A DNA stretch of 63,617 nt, the filler included, from Choristocarpus tenellus KU-1152 (lineage: Eukaryota; Protista; Phaeophyceae), in NCBI GenBank assembly GCA_964200185.2. It is 15 parts of 15 records of this genome, joined end to end, with 100 filler letters (N's around TTAATTAATTAA, not from the genome) between each part and the next. Parts side by side here need not be neighbours in the genome. Positions count along the whole stretch, not along the records: positions 24,522 to 27,215 come from CAXNAD020025589.1; positions 27,316 to 33,741 come from CAXNAD020008164.1; positions 33,842 to 39,299 come from CAXNAD020010722.1; 12 more parts are not named here. The stretch is one strand, 5' to 3'. The notes beneath the pieces were generated by a model that saw only the letters and a program-made list of their open reading frames with translations, was not told where the DNA came from and made no database searches. Positions within the stretch are counted from its first letter, which is position 1. Every line of letters starts with the position of its first letter. Below are positions 24,422 through 37,223 of this stretch, in pieces. A program made the translations under genes and the position numbers.

Positions 24422-25529
24422 NNNNNNNNNNNNNNNNNNNNNNNNNNNNNNNNNNNNNNNNNNNNTTAATTAATTAANNNNNNNNNNNNNNNNNNNNNNN
24501 NNNNNNNNNNNNNNNNNNNNNTTTTTTGTTTGGTGGTGGGGGGGGGGGGGGGGGGGGGGGGGGGCTGAGGGAGTTTTCTATTTTTTTGTTGTGTGCCTTG
24601 CAACCCATTGTTGTGGGATGCCATAGGTGTGTGATTGAGACAAAGGATATTTCAAGTAGGAGAGGTTATACAGAGATAGGTTGGGATTATAAAGAATGAA
24701 AGATCACATAGTGGATGTATGTATGCATGTATTTGTGTATGTGTTTATGTGTACATGCCTGGCAACTGCCCAGTAGTGCTTCACCCTTTCAAGTACGAGG
24801 GGTTTGGTCAGGGTGTATAGGTGTATAGGTGGAGCACAGCCAACACCCCACTGTGTACGCACATGAACTCAGAAGTAGTCTTGGTTGTCCATACATGTAA
24901 TGGTGTTTTTGTGTTTCGTTTTGGTAATTGTTTTGTGTGCATGTGAACTACTCATTATATAGGTATGGGTTTGAGGTACAATAGTACTAGTGATCAAAGA
25001 GGAACATATAGGGGATATTATTGTATTTCTAGGAACATGTAGATGATGATCATGCAAAGACGACTGGGTACAGGGTAGGTGTGCAAACCGACCACCAACT
25101 CTCCCTTGTCGAACATGATACAGAGTTGCAAGCGTTTTTGTTTAGTTCTGTGACGAAAGTATACTTCTTCCAAGTAAAAAGTCAAATTCTGAGGTAGTGC
25201 ACTATAAATGTGTTTTTTTTAGTTGGTAATAGTACTTTATTGGTTTCGTAGTTGAAAGTACTATTTGCTACTATATGTGCTTGTGTTTCTTTTTGTTTCT
25301 TTGAGCGATGACGTATAGCTGTTTTGTTTTGTGTGACACATGTGCATCATGGGGCTGGACAAAATATAGTCTACAGGAGAAAAAATTGCAGTTTCCGCCA
25401 CAATCAGTCGAAGTGAATGTAGTGGTTGAACCCTTTCCCCCGTCCTCAGTGGCAGTATTAATAATTTGACATGCTATTTCCATGGCTTGTCTTACGTACT
25501 TGCTTCTCACCAGCTCTGTGATTCGAACA

Positions 25530-25867
25530 ACTCATTTTGCACTTTCAACACCATTCTTAGTACTCTTGTGTTGCGTTATTATGATATTTCTAGGTGTTTG
25601 TCTTGTGCCTTCCGTTCTTCTTGAGATGATGTTAGGCAGAGGAAAGGAACAAGGGCAACAGAGGGCAGTTGAGGGTCCCTTCCTTTAATGTTTGTGTGTG
25701 TGATGCTGATTAGACAGAATCACACACGGCGACTCATTTTGCACTTTCAACACCATTCTTAGTACTCTTGGGTTGCGTTATTATGATATTCCTAGGTGTT
25801 TGTCTTATGCCTTCCGTTCTTCTTGAGATGACGTTAGGCAGAGGAAAGGAACAAGGGCAACAGAGGG
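25530..25867. repeat. 136-bp direct duplication (25530-25665 / 25732-25867)
   Basis: Two near-identical copies (ACTCATTTTGCACTTTCAAC...GGGCAACAGAGGG) separated by 66 bp. Confidence 0.93.
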
Positions 25868-26170
25868 AAGGTAGAACCACACCTTGTTGATGTGAATGGT
25901 GTTGAGGCTGGTCCTGTAGGTTTTGCGGTTGCAGGAGATCTGCTCGAGGATGAAGTTGGCCCAGTCCTTGTGAGAAAACGAAAGGCTCGGGGTGATGCAC
26001 CGCTGACCCCTGGTTGCTCCCAAGGCATGGAGCCAGAGTTGAAGCTTTGAGCTGCTAACTGTCAGTCCCACTTCGGTGAGCTTGACAGGAAGTTGGTTGA
26101 GAGTCGGTGTGCGATTGCGGGCATTGATTTCCTGGTTCCTTGCTTGTTTTATTGGCTTAACTTCCGACAG
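25868..26170 (-). pseudogene. N-terminal fragment of a mariner-like (DD39D-type) transposase
   Basis: RTPTLNQL...ITPSLSFSHK...NFIL...NTIHINKVWFY resembles KPxLTxxxK...F...NxVHIDEKWFY. It breaks off at the 136-bp duplication. Confidence 0.55.
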
Positions 26171-27716
26171 ATGATGACCAGATCGTGCTTGTGATTTCAG
26201 AGAGACAGTATTCCCCCTGTCTAGCTATTATTTCATGCGCGCCCACACCCGTCTAGGGTGTCTCTTTCCCACTCCAACCTCTTCGGCCAATTTAGGGCCC
26301 ACACCCCTCGAGAGACTCTCGTGACCGGGAGGAAGAGCCAAAACGTAACGCACAGCAAGTGCGGCCTGTCCTTCCTTGTTCAGCTTGCAGTTCTTTCTAA
26401 TGAGCCGGTGGGCTTTGTGCCAGGGACGACGATCTCAGGGGCATGCCATGAGGGTGGTACGTGTGCTGTATGCGAGTAGACAGGCTCTGTGTTCCCTTGC
26501 TGTCAATGCGGAGGGCTGTTGGAGAGATATGCGCTCGAGTGTGTACCGGTGGGGTTGTGAGAGTTGTGGGCGGTTCCACGCTGCACCACCAGGGCCATTA
26601 AAAAATGTGTCGAATATTTCCCATACTCTGTGTTCCATTCTTTCCGTACTATTTCAGAAGGGAATTCTTTGTAGAACTTTTCAACTTTGTTTTCATGTAG
26701 AAAATTCCAAGGAATCCAACTCAAGAATCCATTTTGTAACTGGAGGTCATCTCGAAGAGCTACAACTTAACGGCACAGACTTATGGGACCGTGAGAGTAT
26801 TTGTGAACTCAGCGTATATATATTTAAGTATATATAATATGCGCTAATATAATACAAGATATAGCGGTAGTAGCTTATTGCTAGATGCAAGCAACGGTGG
26901 ATATCGACCTGTAACTAGCTACTATCTTCAGATACCCTGATGCAAATGTTGTGATTGCCTTCGATATCTGTGTCCTGCAGGTATACACCTACCTCTACCT
27001 GCGCCGTTGTCCCTGTCGCCAAGTTTGTGAATTCTCACGTAGGCAGGCATGTAGATAGATAGGATATACTGGAAGGAAAGTTACATGTGTTGCACTGTTG
27101 CAGTTTTTTTTAAGTATCTTTTAAATTATTACTACGTGTAGCCTACACCCATTCATACATATACATGCATATGTGGAAAGCATGTTTGTCTGTTATTATA
27201 CCGTATTGCTCGTATNNNNNNNNNNNNNNNNNNNNNNNNNNNNNNNNNNNNNNNNNNNNTTAATTAATTAANNNNNNNNNNNNNNNNNNNNNNNNNNNNN
27301 NNNNNNNNNNNNNNNCGCGGGGGGCGGGGGGGGGGGGGGGGGGGGGGGGGGGCAGGGAGTGAGCCACAAGTTCGCAAGGTTAAAATCCGGTAATTGAACT
27401 CTCTGGTCAAAAAAATGAACAATAAATAATAACCATCAAAACAACAATAAAAAAATATTTAAAGCTTGGATTGTCAGAAAATCAGTCGTAGGGGGGGTTA
27501 GGGTTAGGGAGACAAGGAACTCCCCCGTAGTAACCTGGATGTTGCATCTGAAAGGGTTTTCCACAACCCTTCAGTGAGGCGTTTCCTTCCTGCACCTGGG
27601 CCCACACTGACCGCAAGACCCACACAGGTGAAGGTGGGAAGCGTATCACGCATGATTATGTTCTTCTTTTTTTTAAATGGATGGAAATAGAACAGATTGT
27701 CAAAAACATCTATCAC

Positions 27717-29136
27717 CTGCAAGCATTAACCACCGAGTTGCCTCCAAGACGCCATGGGAGTGGAGCAAACTTGGATGCTGTGCAGGTACAGAGGAATCAG
27801 ACAAGAGCAGAGGGACGTGGGGGCCAGAAAGCAATAAATATTTTTGTTGTAGGTAATTGAGATGGGTCGCAACCAGAGCCCATGATGGGGGATAAGGAAG
27901 CTAGACAGCCATTGGTAGGTATATGTGTGTGTGTGTGTGTGTGTAAGATGAGGCGTTGGAGACCACCACAACAAGTCAGTGCAAGTCTATCAAAAGAAAA
28001 AGCACAGAGAAATAGCTGACAAGAGTTGAGATTATGCATGAGTGTTGTTGTGCACACATAAAACATGTGCTCCCATCTCTCTCTCCTACCATGTAGAGTG
28101 TCAATCACACACCTAGCACAATATCCTTCCGCTGCTCAGTGGTCCCCTTGAAGTCACGCCTGAATTTTCCACAGAGGTACTCTGACCTTCCCAGGCCGTA
28201 GACCTCTGCAGTGTCAAAGAGGTTAATACCCATATCTACACAGTTGTTGAAAACCTGTGTTTTGTCTCACGAGATGGATGAGCGTCAAGTCCATGTTACA
28301 AAGAGATACTACTACTGTGTGTGTCATACCTGGACACTATAGGATTATCATGATTACCTGACGGCATCTACTATAAAGTACAAACGAGTGATTTAAATTC
28401 TGGGAGAGAGCATAGGCGCTCCAATGTCCATTCTTTGACCCTGATTCAGTGACCTCTTAAAATGCAATCAAAGGTGCGTAGCTTGCTTTGCCTATCATCA
28501 GTGAATAGAGCATCGACTAGTAATAATTTCCCACCCACCTCTTGTAGCTCCAGGTCCATGGCCTCACTGTATCCCCAGAATGCTGTGTCACCCCATGCCC
28601 ATGCCCCTATGCCCAACGGTGAGACCTTAAGACCCCCCAGGTCGACACGGTCCTCAGCGACACTGTCGATGGTGGCCTCCGACTGCACTCCCGCCATCGA
28701 GTTCAAGGACCTGTGGCACAAGAGTACGTCAGCGATAAGGGAATAGCCGAGGGTTTGATGGCAATGAAGTTTAATTTGACCTACTAACATTACTGGGCTG
28801 TGGAGAATGAGGTCAAAATGGCGTCTTGATAGGGCTATTGTTGAAGTGTTCCGTAACCCCTGCCCCAGGTCATTGTCCAACCCACCCATGGCAACCTGTG
28901 CCGGAGGTTTGTGGAATATTGGGAGTATTTAACATCTCGGTGACTGTGAACTACTACAGCTCTTGCAAGTGTTGATAAATACCTACGGTTTTCCACATTC
29001 ACAACCAAGCTCACCCTCGGCATCGCCATTTGGAACGGGCTTGGAGAGCTGGCGATAGCGTTGAGGATGGCAAAACAAAAGCCCTGCAAACCAGGACAAG
29101 GCTTGCATGTACTAGTGCCCTAGCTGCACGGGTCAT
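27717..29136 (-). CDS. Aldo-keto reductase (pyridoxal-reductase-like), predicted plastid-targeted; exons 1-4
   Basis: Exons 29136-29015, 28710-28539, 28254-28113 and 27777-27717 are in phase. Motifs: LGGLKVSPLGIGAWAWGD, GINLFDTAEVYGLGRSE and ASKFAPLPWRL. The N-terminus MTRAARALVHASLVLVCRA-FV is a signal peptide plus ASAFAP-like Phe. Confidence 0.92.
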
Positions 29137-29682
29137 CTCCTTGCAGTTCTTCCGTCGTGTTGAGGATTAAGTCCTATCTCACAGCACAGCCTTCTTCCTC
29201 CAATACTTGGAAGGTAACTTCCTAGTGAGCTTCGTGAGATCCTGAAATTCGACTGCAAGCCCCTGCTTGATATTAATCCGAGTAAGGAGTCTTTATCTTT
29301 TGGGGCTGAAATTTGGGAAGAGATTGTGGCAAATGTAAATCTACCTTACAACTTTTTTTGGAGCTATCCTATATTTCAGGTCATAACATCACAAAATTCA
29401 AAACAGGTCATACAATCCAATCGCACTGACGTGGTAACGGCTAGAAAAACAAAAAAGGAAACCGTCGTTTTATTGTCCAGTTTCCTAATCACCATAATCC
29501 AGGAGGTTCAGTCAGCTTCTTCAAGGAGGAATGATACACGACTGAAACAACTAATCAGATAGAGTTCTAGATTGCACAAAATTCACCAAGGCTTTCATAG
29601 TTTAAGCTAGAGCGCAAATAGCCTTTTTGAGAAACTGCCACGACCACGCCCGAGCCCTCGCCTTATAGTCCTTGAGGAGACA
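29137..29682. promoter_or_regulatory. Putative bidirectional promoter region (546 bp between divergent start codons)
   Basis: Inferred only from the head-to-head ATGs at 29136 (-) and 29683 (+). No specific motif is called. Confidence 0.5.
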
Positions 29683-32600
29683 ATGCGGTGTCTGAAAGCT
29701 GTCTTGATTTCGGTGGTGTGTGCTGAGGGGGGAATCGCTTTTTCATATGTCAAACCCTCCTTCAGCCAAGCAGTTAAGGAAATCTCCATCACCTCTCGTC
29801 AGGGATCAGACCGGGTATGACACCCATCCCCATAACGAATCTCAGTTGGGTTTTTTTAAGTCCCACCAGCCTAAGGGATGGATCATCTTGGACCAAAGAT
29901 TCAGAGGGGGAAAGAAGGTTGTCCCAACTGAGGTCACTTCTACTTTCTCTAGTGACCGAATATAATGACATAACATTCTTTCCCTTCTCCACGTGCAACC
30001 TCTTGGCGTGAACGTCAGCTTCGGCTTCAGTCGTCCATTGCAGTTGAGTCATTCGATGAGAATGCCAGCGACCCGGTCATCACGAGTGACAGAGGGCGTG
30101 TCGAGGGAACCTCCAAGGGTCCCCTTAAGAAGAACCCCTTCCAGGCTGCTCCAGTATACATTCATGACAAGGTGGTGGACTTTCGGGAGGACATACAAGA
30201 CCGGGTCCACGATATTCGGGTGGGTAGTTGTGGAGTCACTACACTCCTCACAATCGAGGGGAAAGGCATTGGAAGCGACTCGGTCCCATCAGTGGACATC
30301 ATACAGTCTCTATAAATTTTTACGACCATGGTAAAGAAAACTTATCCTAATACATGATTCCCCCATCCCTCGTCCCTCATCCTCCTTCGCCCAGGAGAAC
30401 CTGGCCTCCATTTCCAGTTCCTTGAATGAGGATTACATAAGCCCATTGACCCATCTCGTCCAGCACCCAACCACGATCCACTACAGTGTTGCAATGTCAG
30501 CCCGCTTGTCCTATTTCATGGCACAGCAGACAGTTGTTTCCTCCACTGTCGACGGGAAACGCACAGTGGATGTAGTGGCATTAGTCAGAGCGGTACTTGC
30601 AGCATTAGCAAATGGGAGGGAAGACGATTTAATTGATGCCCTGCGGATCCCTGAGAAGCGTATCACTTCTACTGAGAACTATGCATGGTGGTCACGCAAC
30701 CTCAAGGGTGTCGTTGATTTGATGAGGTAAGAAGATAATAATTTCTAAATGCCAAAATTTATCATCATGTGTGTGTATGTGTTAGTGTGTGTTGGGGTTC
30801 TAGTCGGTGATTGAAAAACATAAACAATATTTGTTATTAAGCACAGACCATTGTCAACATACGCATTCCTACTTTTTTTATTTCCACAGTAACATTTTGT
30901 TTTTCTAAATTTGTTGGTGTGGTCCTACCATGCTGATCCATGTCAGGTGAAGGAGATAAAAGATGTAGAACGTGTTGCTGAGAGCAGGAAAACCTCCAGG
31001 ATTAGGAATGAAGACCCCCCATTGCTCCGTGCTCCATGTGTCACCCATCCTGTAACAGCAATTTTCACCCCATAATATTCCTAAGTTTTCGCCCAGTACA
31101 CCAGAAAAATATAAAAGGACAAGTAGAATCTTGGGATCAGTGAACTTTAGCAAATAATCAGTTCTCTGCATTCACTGATCCATGCTGATCGCATCGCCCG
31201 AAAAATGTGTCTCACCTTACCCTATTTCGCCTTCCTAACAGGAAAGAGGCAATCTCTATCGAGAATGGAGTGTACCAGCTTCCTCATGACATGAAACCCC
31301 ACTTCCAGTCTGTAGTGAACCCAGCCACATTGATTGCGGCATTTGCCATGTACTACAGAGAGGAGCTCCAGCGAAAGGTAGGTCACTCACACCAATATTA
31401 GTAGGGCAAGATGCCACCTTAGTACTTTGAAGTTGATCCCTCAAAGCAGATCTCAACATACATTGCAAACCTCTTCCCTGTATCAGGCTAGACCCTTCCA
31501 CACACCAAAGAAAAAGAAAATGGGGTCCCCCAAAATATGCTTGGGGGGACCAGCATATTATGTCATGGCAAAATTAATCTTGAGCATACCTGCTTCAGAT
31601 CTATCGTTGACAATCTTGTCTTCTCCTATCCCCCGGTGCCATCAGAAAGAAGACAGTACGCTTGACCAGCTGTCAAAGACTTCATCTTTTATTGCTCCTG
31701 GACGCTACCCTGACTACTTCATGGCCAACGAGGACTTCCTTTCAGCAAAAAAGTCAAAGCTCATGGACTACGAATTGGAGTCTAAGGTAAGCCAGGGCTC
31801 TGCCCCAGCTTCTCACGACTACCAACCCAACTTGGGTTACAACTGGTGACACTTCTGTTCTAAAGCAAGGTTCACAATGTGTTCTTAGTCCAGACACTGG
31901 GCCTCACATATGTAGTTGCCAAGTCCAACAACTCGCTATTGGACTGAGAACTGTATTGGAAGCTGTGCTGTGATTGTACCTTGTCTGTGGTTGTGGTCAT
32001 CAGAAGGAGTTGGAAGGGAGTGAATGGAAAAGGGTGTCTTATGGCATGTTGTTGTGAGAGCAGCAGTTGAGTTGGAAGGGTATAATCATGGATAAATGGC
32101 ATGCAACAGTAAAATGCAGCTAATTTGGCCAGTCCTCCAAGTAGCAACATGTATGGATGAAAATGAATTTTCATACATGCCTTGAGAGCTAATTATTAGC
32201 CCAAAACGTGTAGAATTGTGTTGTTTTGAAATAGTATTGATGTGATTTGTTAGAGTAAGATAAGATATCATTAAGTGGAGACTACAAATTCCACGGTAGT
32301 GCAATCTCACCGATTTCTGATCGAAAAAATCTCTCTCTATATAGATACATGTATGTGAGCCAAAGTATGTTAGAGGGTAGAGCAGTGTCCAGTGTGTTTG
32401 ATGTAATTTTGGCTATCGCGTTTGTTAGTAAGCGCCAATATCCTTGTTCCAGACACAAATTTTCATAATCTATACATTTTACCTACTCCTAAACATTTTG
32501 GAATAGGAAAATGTCATTAGAAAAATATATGGGAAGCCAAGCACTAAAGGGACAAACAGGGCAAAACTCGTACCCTCTAAGAGACTTCCACTCTGTGTGA

Positions 32601-33741
32601 GGAAAATCACCTTTATCTAATCTATAGCTGCCTCGATTGACCAAAAATTTCCAATCCCCACTACAAAAATGTTATCGACCCCTTGAGATTTTTTTCGTTA
32701 TCATATGTCCTTCACATTGGGAATTTTATGAGACTGTGTGATTATTTTATGGCCTGCGTATATATATTCAATTTTTTATATTATTTGGTATTACCACACC
32801 TGTGAGCACAACCATAATGATCAAATACTGTGGTGATCGAGTCTTGACCACCTATACCTCCTCGCTACAATGATGAAAACTATTCCTGTGCAGGTGTGGG
32901 GAATGGGTGACGCCATGCGCCGTCGCTCCATTGCTCAAATCAATAATGCTCTCTTGGATAAAGACCCAGAGACAACATCACTCCTAGACGTTGGCTGTGG
33001 CACTGGGCGTTTCCTCACGTTTGTCAAGGTTAGTGGCACCCGTCGGATGCCATAACCTGTTGTGCTCTATCCCTCTCATTGGTACCCCGCCCCCCGCCCC
33101 CCTGCTGTCATGTTGTGGTGAATTTGATTCAACAAATTATGATAACTAAAAAGTATATTGTTAACTTTACATTCTAGTGAATAAAAAATGTCAAGCTATC
33201 ATTCTCGCGCTCGTCCTGAGCCCTCTTAGTAGCACCCCATACATGTGTGTGTGCGTGTGTGTGTGTACACATTGCTTTAGTGAAGGTAAGATTCGTCTTT
33301 GCATGGTTATCCAGGTAAACTCTGGTGATGCTAAGGTGGAAGTGTGAAGCAGACCTAGGGGTGAAGAGCATTTCCTTATTAAAAATCAATTCACAGTATC
33401 CACATGTCTACCCTGTCCTGACCTCAAATGACCCCTTCCCACAGACATCCAGACACAGAATGGATTCCAGGAGCCACCTCCATAAATATTGAGGCCATGC
33501 CATCTTGACCTTCCCCTCGCCTACGCGTGCGTGTTCTTCATATATACTGGAGTGCACATATATGCACTCCTCCCCTTCCCTTCCCTTCCCTTCCCCTCCC
33601 TCTTGCCCGCTTCACTGCTGCTGCCGTGCCTTATCATCCCTTTGAAATTCAAATATAAAAAAAAAATGTACTCACTCGTGCACGATTTTTTTTTTTTTAC
33701 AACCCCACCATCGCACACGCAGGACAACTTCCAGTTCCCCA
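29683..33741 (+). CDS. Class I SAM-dependent methyltransferase (Methyltransf_11/25, UbiE-like), predicted plastid-targeted; 3' end missing
   Basis: Exons 29683-29814, 30019-30219, 30395-30726, 31242-31377, 31646-31786, 32894-33028 and 33723->33741, all in phase. IENGVYQLPHDM, YPDYF, GMGDAMRR and motif I LLDVGCGTGRFLTFVK|DN. N-terminal signal peptide ...GIA-FS. Confidence 0.85.
32357..32593 (+). mobile_element. GAG-MITE, intronic
   Basis: GAGCCAAAGTATGTTAGAGGGTA...TACCCTCTAAGAGACTTCCACTC with a small internal deletion, inside a methyltransferase intron. Confidence 0.85.
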
Positions 33742-33841
33742 NNNNNNNNNNNNNNNNNNNNNNNNNNNNNNNNNNNNNNNNNNNNTTAATTAATTAANNN
33801 NNNNNNNNNNNNNNNNNNNNNNNNNNNNNNNNNNNNNNNNN

Positions 33842-34302
33842 CTTATCAGTGGAAATTTTTGGGCGCCTCGGCAAGCAAGTGGAACGTTTCCTGGATGAGC
33901 TAGCTACACACGCGGTAGGGGGGAGAGGAACTGGAGGCGACAGGAGAAAAGGTGTCATAAAATCCCGCCCACGCCAGATAGTCGCAGTCACAACGCAAGT
34001 AGCCATATCTAGACGGGTCATGCGTTTAAAGCTGGAGTCACCAGGGAGATGGGTAATGAGGGGATATTAGATTAGTGGGATGCTTCCCTAGCTCCTCACC
34101 CTGGGGCGCAGAAATAGGTTTGAGACACGGGAAGGCAGTAGTACAACATAGATATGTGGTACTGAAATAGGAAATAGATGGAACTTTTTTCGCTTTTGTG
34201 ACTACTGTTACTTCTTTAGGGATTTTTGAGACATCTGAATAGTTTTCATTAGTTTTTCCCCTGGCACATCTGCAAAATGTCACAGGGCATAATAATAAAA
34301 TA
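33842..34302 (+). mobile_element. 3' fragment of a CRE-like non-LTR retrotransposon
   Basis: SVEIFGRLGKQVERFLDELATHAVGG...RQIVAVTTQVAISRRV, then a 3' UTR ending CAGGGCATAATAATAAAA. Confidence 0.8.
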
Positions 34303-35768
34303 TGATCTAAATGGGATTCTGATTTCTGGTCTTCTTTTTCATTTTTGTAAACGGAATATTGAAATTCGGTGTTACATGGTCCACACATACCATCATATTG
34401 TCACACTTCTCTGAATGATATATTATTATCCCCTCTGATATTTTCCAGATGTGTCAGGGAAGGATGCAAACCAATATCACTAGGACCCCTTTAAAAGTAA
34501 CGATTACGCTTGAGGAAAAAGCTACTTGTTTGGTTTCACACAAGTAATTTATTGAGGAAATATGAACAGGAAAATAGGAACTTACGATTGTACTATTCAC
34601 AGTTGTTTCCTAAGGACTGAGCTCACCAGATCACCCTCGCCAATCAACTTCTACACAACAACGAATGATCAGTCATCACTAGTGACACAGAGTAAGTTGT
34701 TGGGAAGTACCACTACCACCAAATATATATTATATGTCCCTCCTATTATGTGTTTACAGTGTGCCAAAAAATGGTATTATTCACAATAATAATACCAACA
34801 ACGTTTGCAATGAATGGAAGGAGAGTAAGAATATAAAAAAATGTAGACGAAGTACATGGTACGTTGCAACGGTTTTCTACGATCCCTTGAAATTGAACAT
34901 ACGCACTTAGCAGATGGGAAGTTGTTCATCTATCTTCCAGTTTGTGGACTTGTAGTACCTCATCCACCTTTTTTTCCCAAGCAAGTTACGAAATCAAAAG
35001 GTTAGTGTACCAATAATTTCACTTCCTATTTTTTGGAAGTAGGCCATGAATGATGGTGATGTGAACTTAGAAATATCCACCAACCGTATATATTATTATG
35101 GTTTTTGACATTTTGGAGACGTGTCAAAAAAAATACGTCAAACCTGTATCGCAAGGATCCTTCTAAAAACAACAGTAGTACTACAGTTGTCAATATCAAA
35201 GATACCCCTCAAATAATTATTTACTATCTCAATACCAATAATATAATATCATAATAATAGAATACTACCTATATACTTACAACAATCATCCTTTAAAACG
35301 TAACATATTCCATAATCATCCCTTTGTCATCATTACTATCATATCTAAAATAAACTGATACGTTTTAGGTAAGAAAGATGGAATAGATGTTACTCTCACC
35401 CAATCAATCCCCGTTTATCTAATTTCCATCCCAATCGCTGATCATTAAAAACCAATAATACGGTAGGACAACACGTATATTGCTGATAGTCGACAACACT
35501 CAACATTCACAAGTTGAAAATTTGAGAGTATGACTGACTTACATGTCACCCACCTATGATGAACCCCACCGAGCCAATCACCAGTTGTTTTATTGTTAGC
35601 TAGCTATGTGTGTTTCGTCTGTTTACACTCCAAACATGTTCTTCGCTTGATTTCTCCTTTCAACAAACACTTCATCTGGATTACCATTAAGGACAGATCT
35701 ATCACGCAAGGCAAAAAGGCGCAGATTTCCCCCCTGTCTCGTCTCTCTGTGTCGGACTTGTGTCCAGA

Positions 35769-37188
35769 ATGGTGGCGCACAATAGCGATAACTTTGGCGG
35801 TGGCTACGGTACCCTTCCACACTACGAGAATCCCCTTGTTATAAGTGAGACTGCCAAGAGTCTCTCCAGGCTAAGCCGGTTCTATCTCATAGAGGCATGC
35901 TGTATTGCTGCTTTGATGGACATAACCTGCATGATAGGTTGGCACCCTCAACGTCGTATTTCTCCGTCTTGTTTCGCCCATGACGACCACTGCCAGAAAC
36001 AGGTGATTTGAAGGACTTTTGCGTTGATGGAGTCACTAGGCGCCGAAACAGGCTCGAAAGTACCTCTCCCAAGTTATCATCTCGGCTCTGGGGGACTGTG
36101 GTCACTGCTGCTGTGGTCACTGCTGCTGTGGTCACTACTAGCATTCCTTTCCTATTTGTCAGATTGCGCTATCAATCTTGGCGATTTCCGAGGCAAAGTG
36201 ATCGTCTCATCTTCGAGGAGAACTTCAACACTCTGAACCGAAGCTTGTGGACAGTGGAGCGATCCCTCCTTGGAGGAGGCAATGGCGAGTTCCAGTTGTA
36301 TACGGACAATGATTTGAACGTCTTTCTTCGAAAAGGGATGTTACACATCAAGGTGCACTTTCCCTCTGCCCTCGTGGTTGGTAGGACGTACCTAATTTGT
36401 CCAACCCCCAAATGTCTTGAGGCTGGATGGTGGAGGATATCTCCGTCTTGCGATATTGTCCATCCGCAGGATCTCCAATAGAGACAGATGTTCCAGCCCC
36501 CTTCTATTCTGACGTCGAATCACGATCGTCTCATACTCCCAAACCCGACCCCATCGTTACCTACTATAGCCTGGTCTTTTCGCAGATCTTGGCCTGATAC
36601 AACCTAACGAAGAGATGGACGGAGATTACCTTGCAGCAGAGGTGATGACAGGAAGTTGCGCCCCCTATCCTGGTTGTGCTAATTTCGTGATCAAGGGCTG
36701 TACAGATGATGTTGCGGATGCTTGTGAAAAGACAGGAGGCATGCCGCACGGGGACATTATCAATCCAGTGACATCCGGCAGAATAAATACTAAAGGTGAA
36801 GAAGGAAGTATTTGGTTCCACGCCGAATAGCCTTTCAAGTTGGACTGGAGTATCCTCTAGCCAGAGTGGGGTATGGGTTGGGTCGACTTTTTTTACAGTG
36901 GTTTTCCAGTGAACTTTACTTTGTGTCGAGAGAGGTTTCGTGAGGTGGTGAAATACGACAGTGGGTGTTCTTGTCCCAGTTTTAGTATTATGGTGCGGTC
37001 AGATTTCTCTAGGTGGCGATAAGTCAATGACCACTACAATGTTGGCGTCATCCTTTACGGTATGAATTTGGACTATGGCTGTCGCGGCATGCGTACACAA
37101 TGGGCAGTTCCAGGTCTGTCTGTATGCTGCACAACACTCTAAACAATGAATTGGATGACTATCTAATATGGTCTACTATTTGTTCGCA

Positions 37189-37223
<35 letters not shown>

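Noticed and set aside
35870-36039. Non-canonical GC-AG first intron in the GH16 gene
   Set aside because: A canonical GT-AG intron (35845-36002) gives an in-phase model with a better pyrimidine tract.
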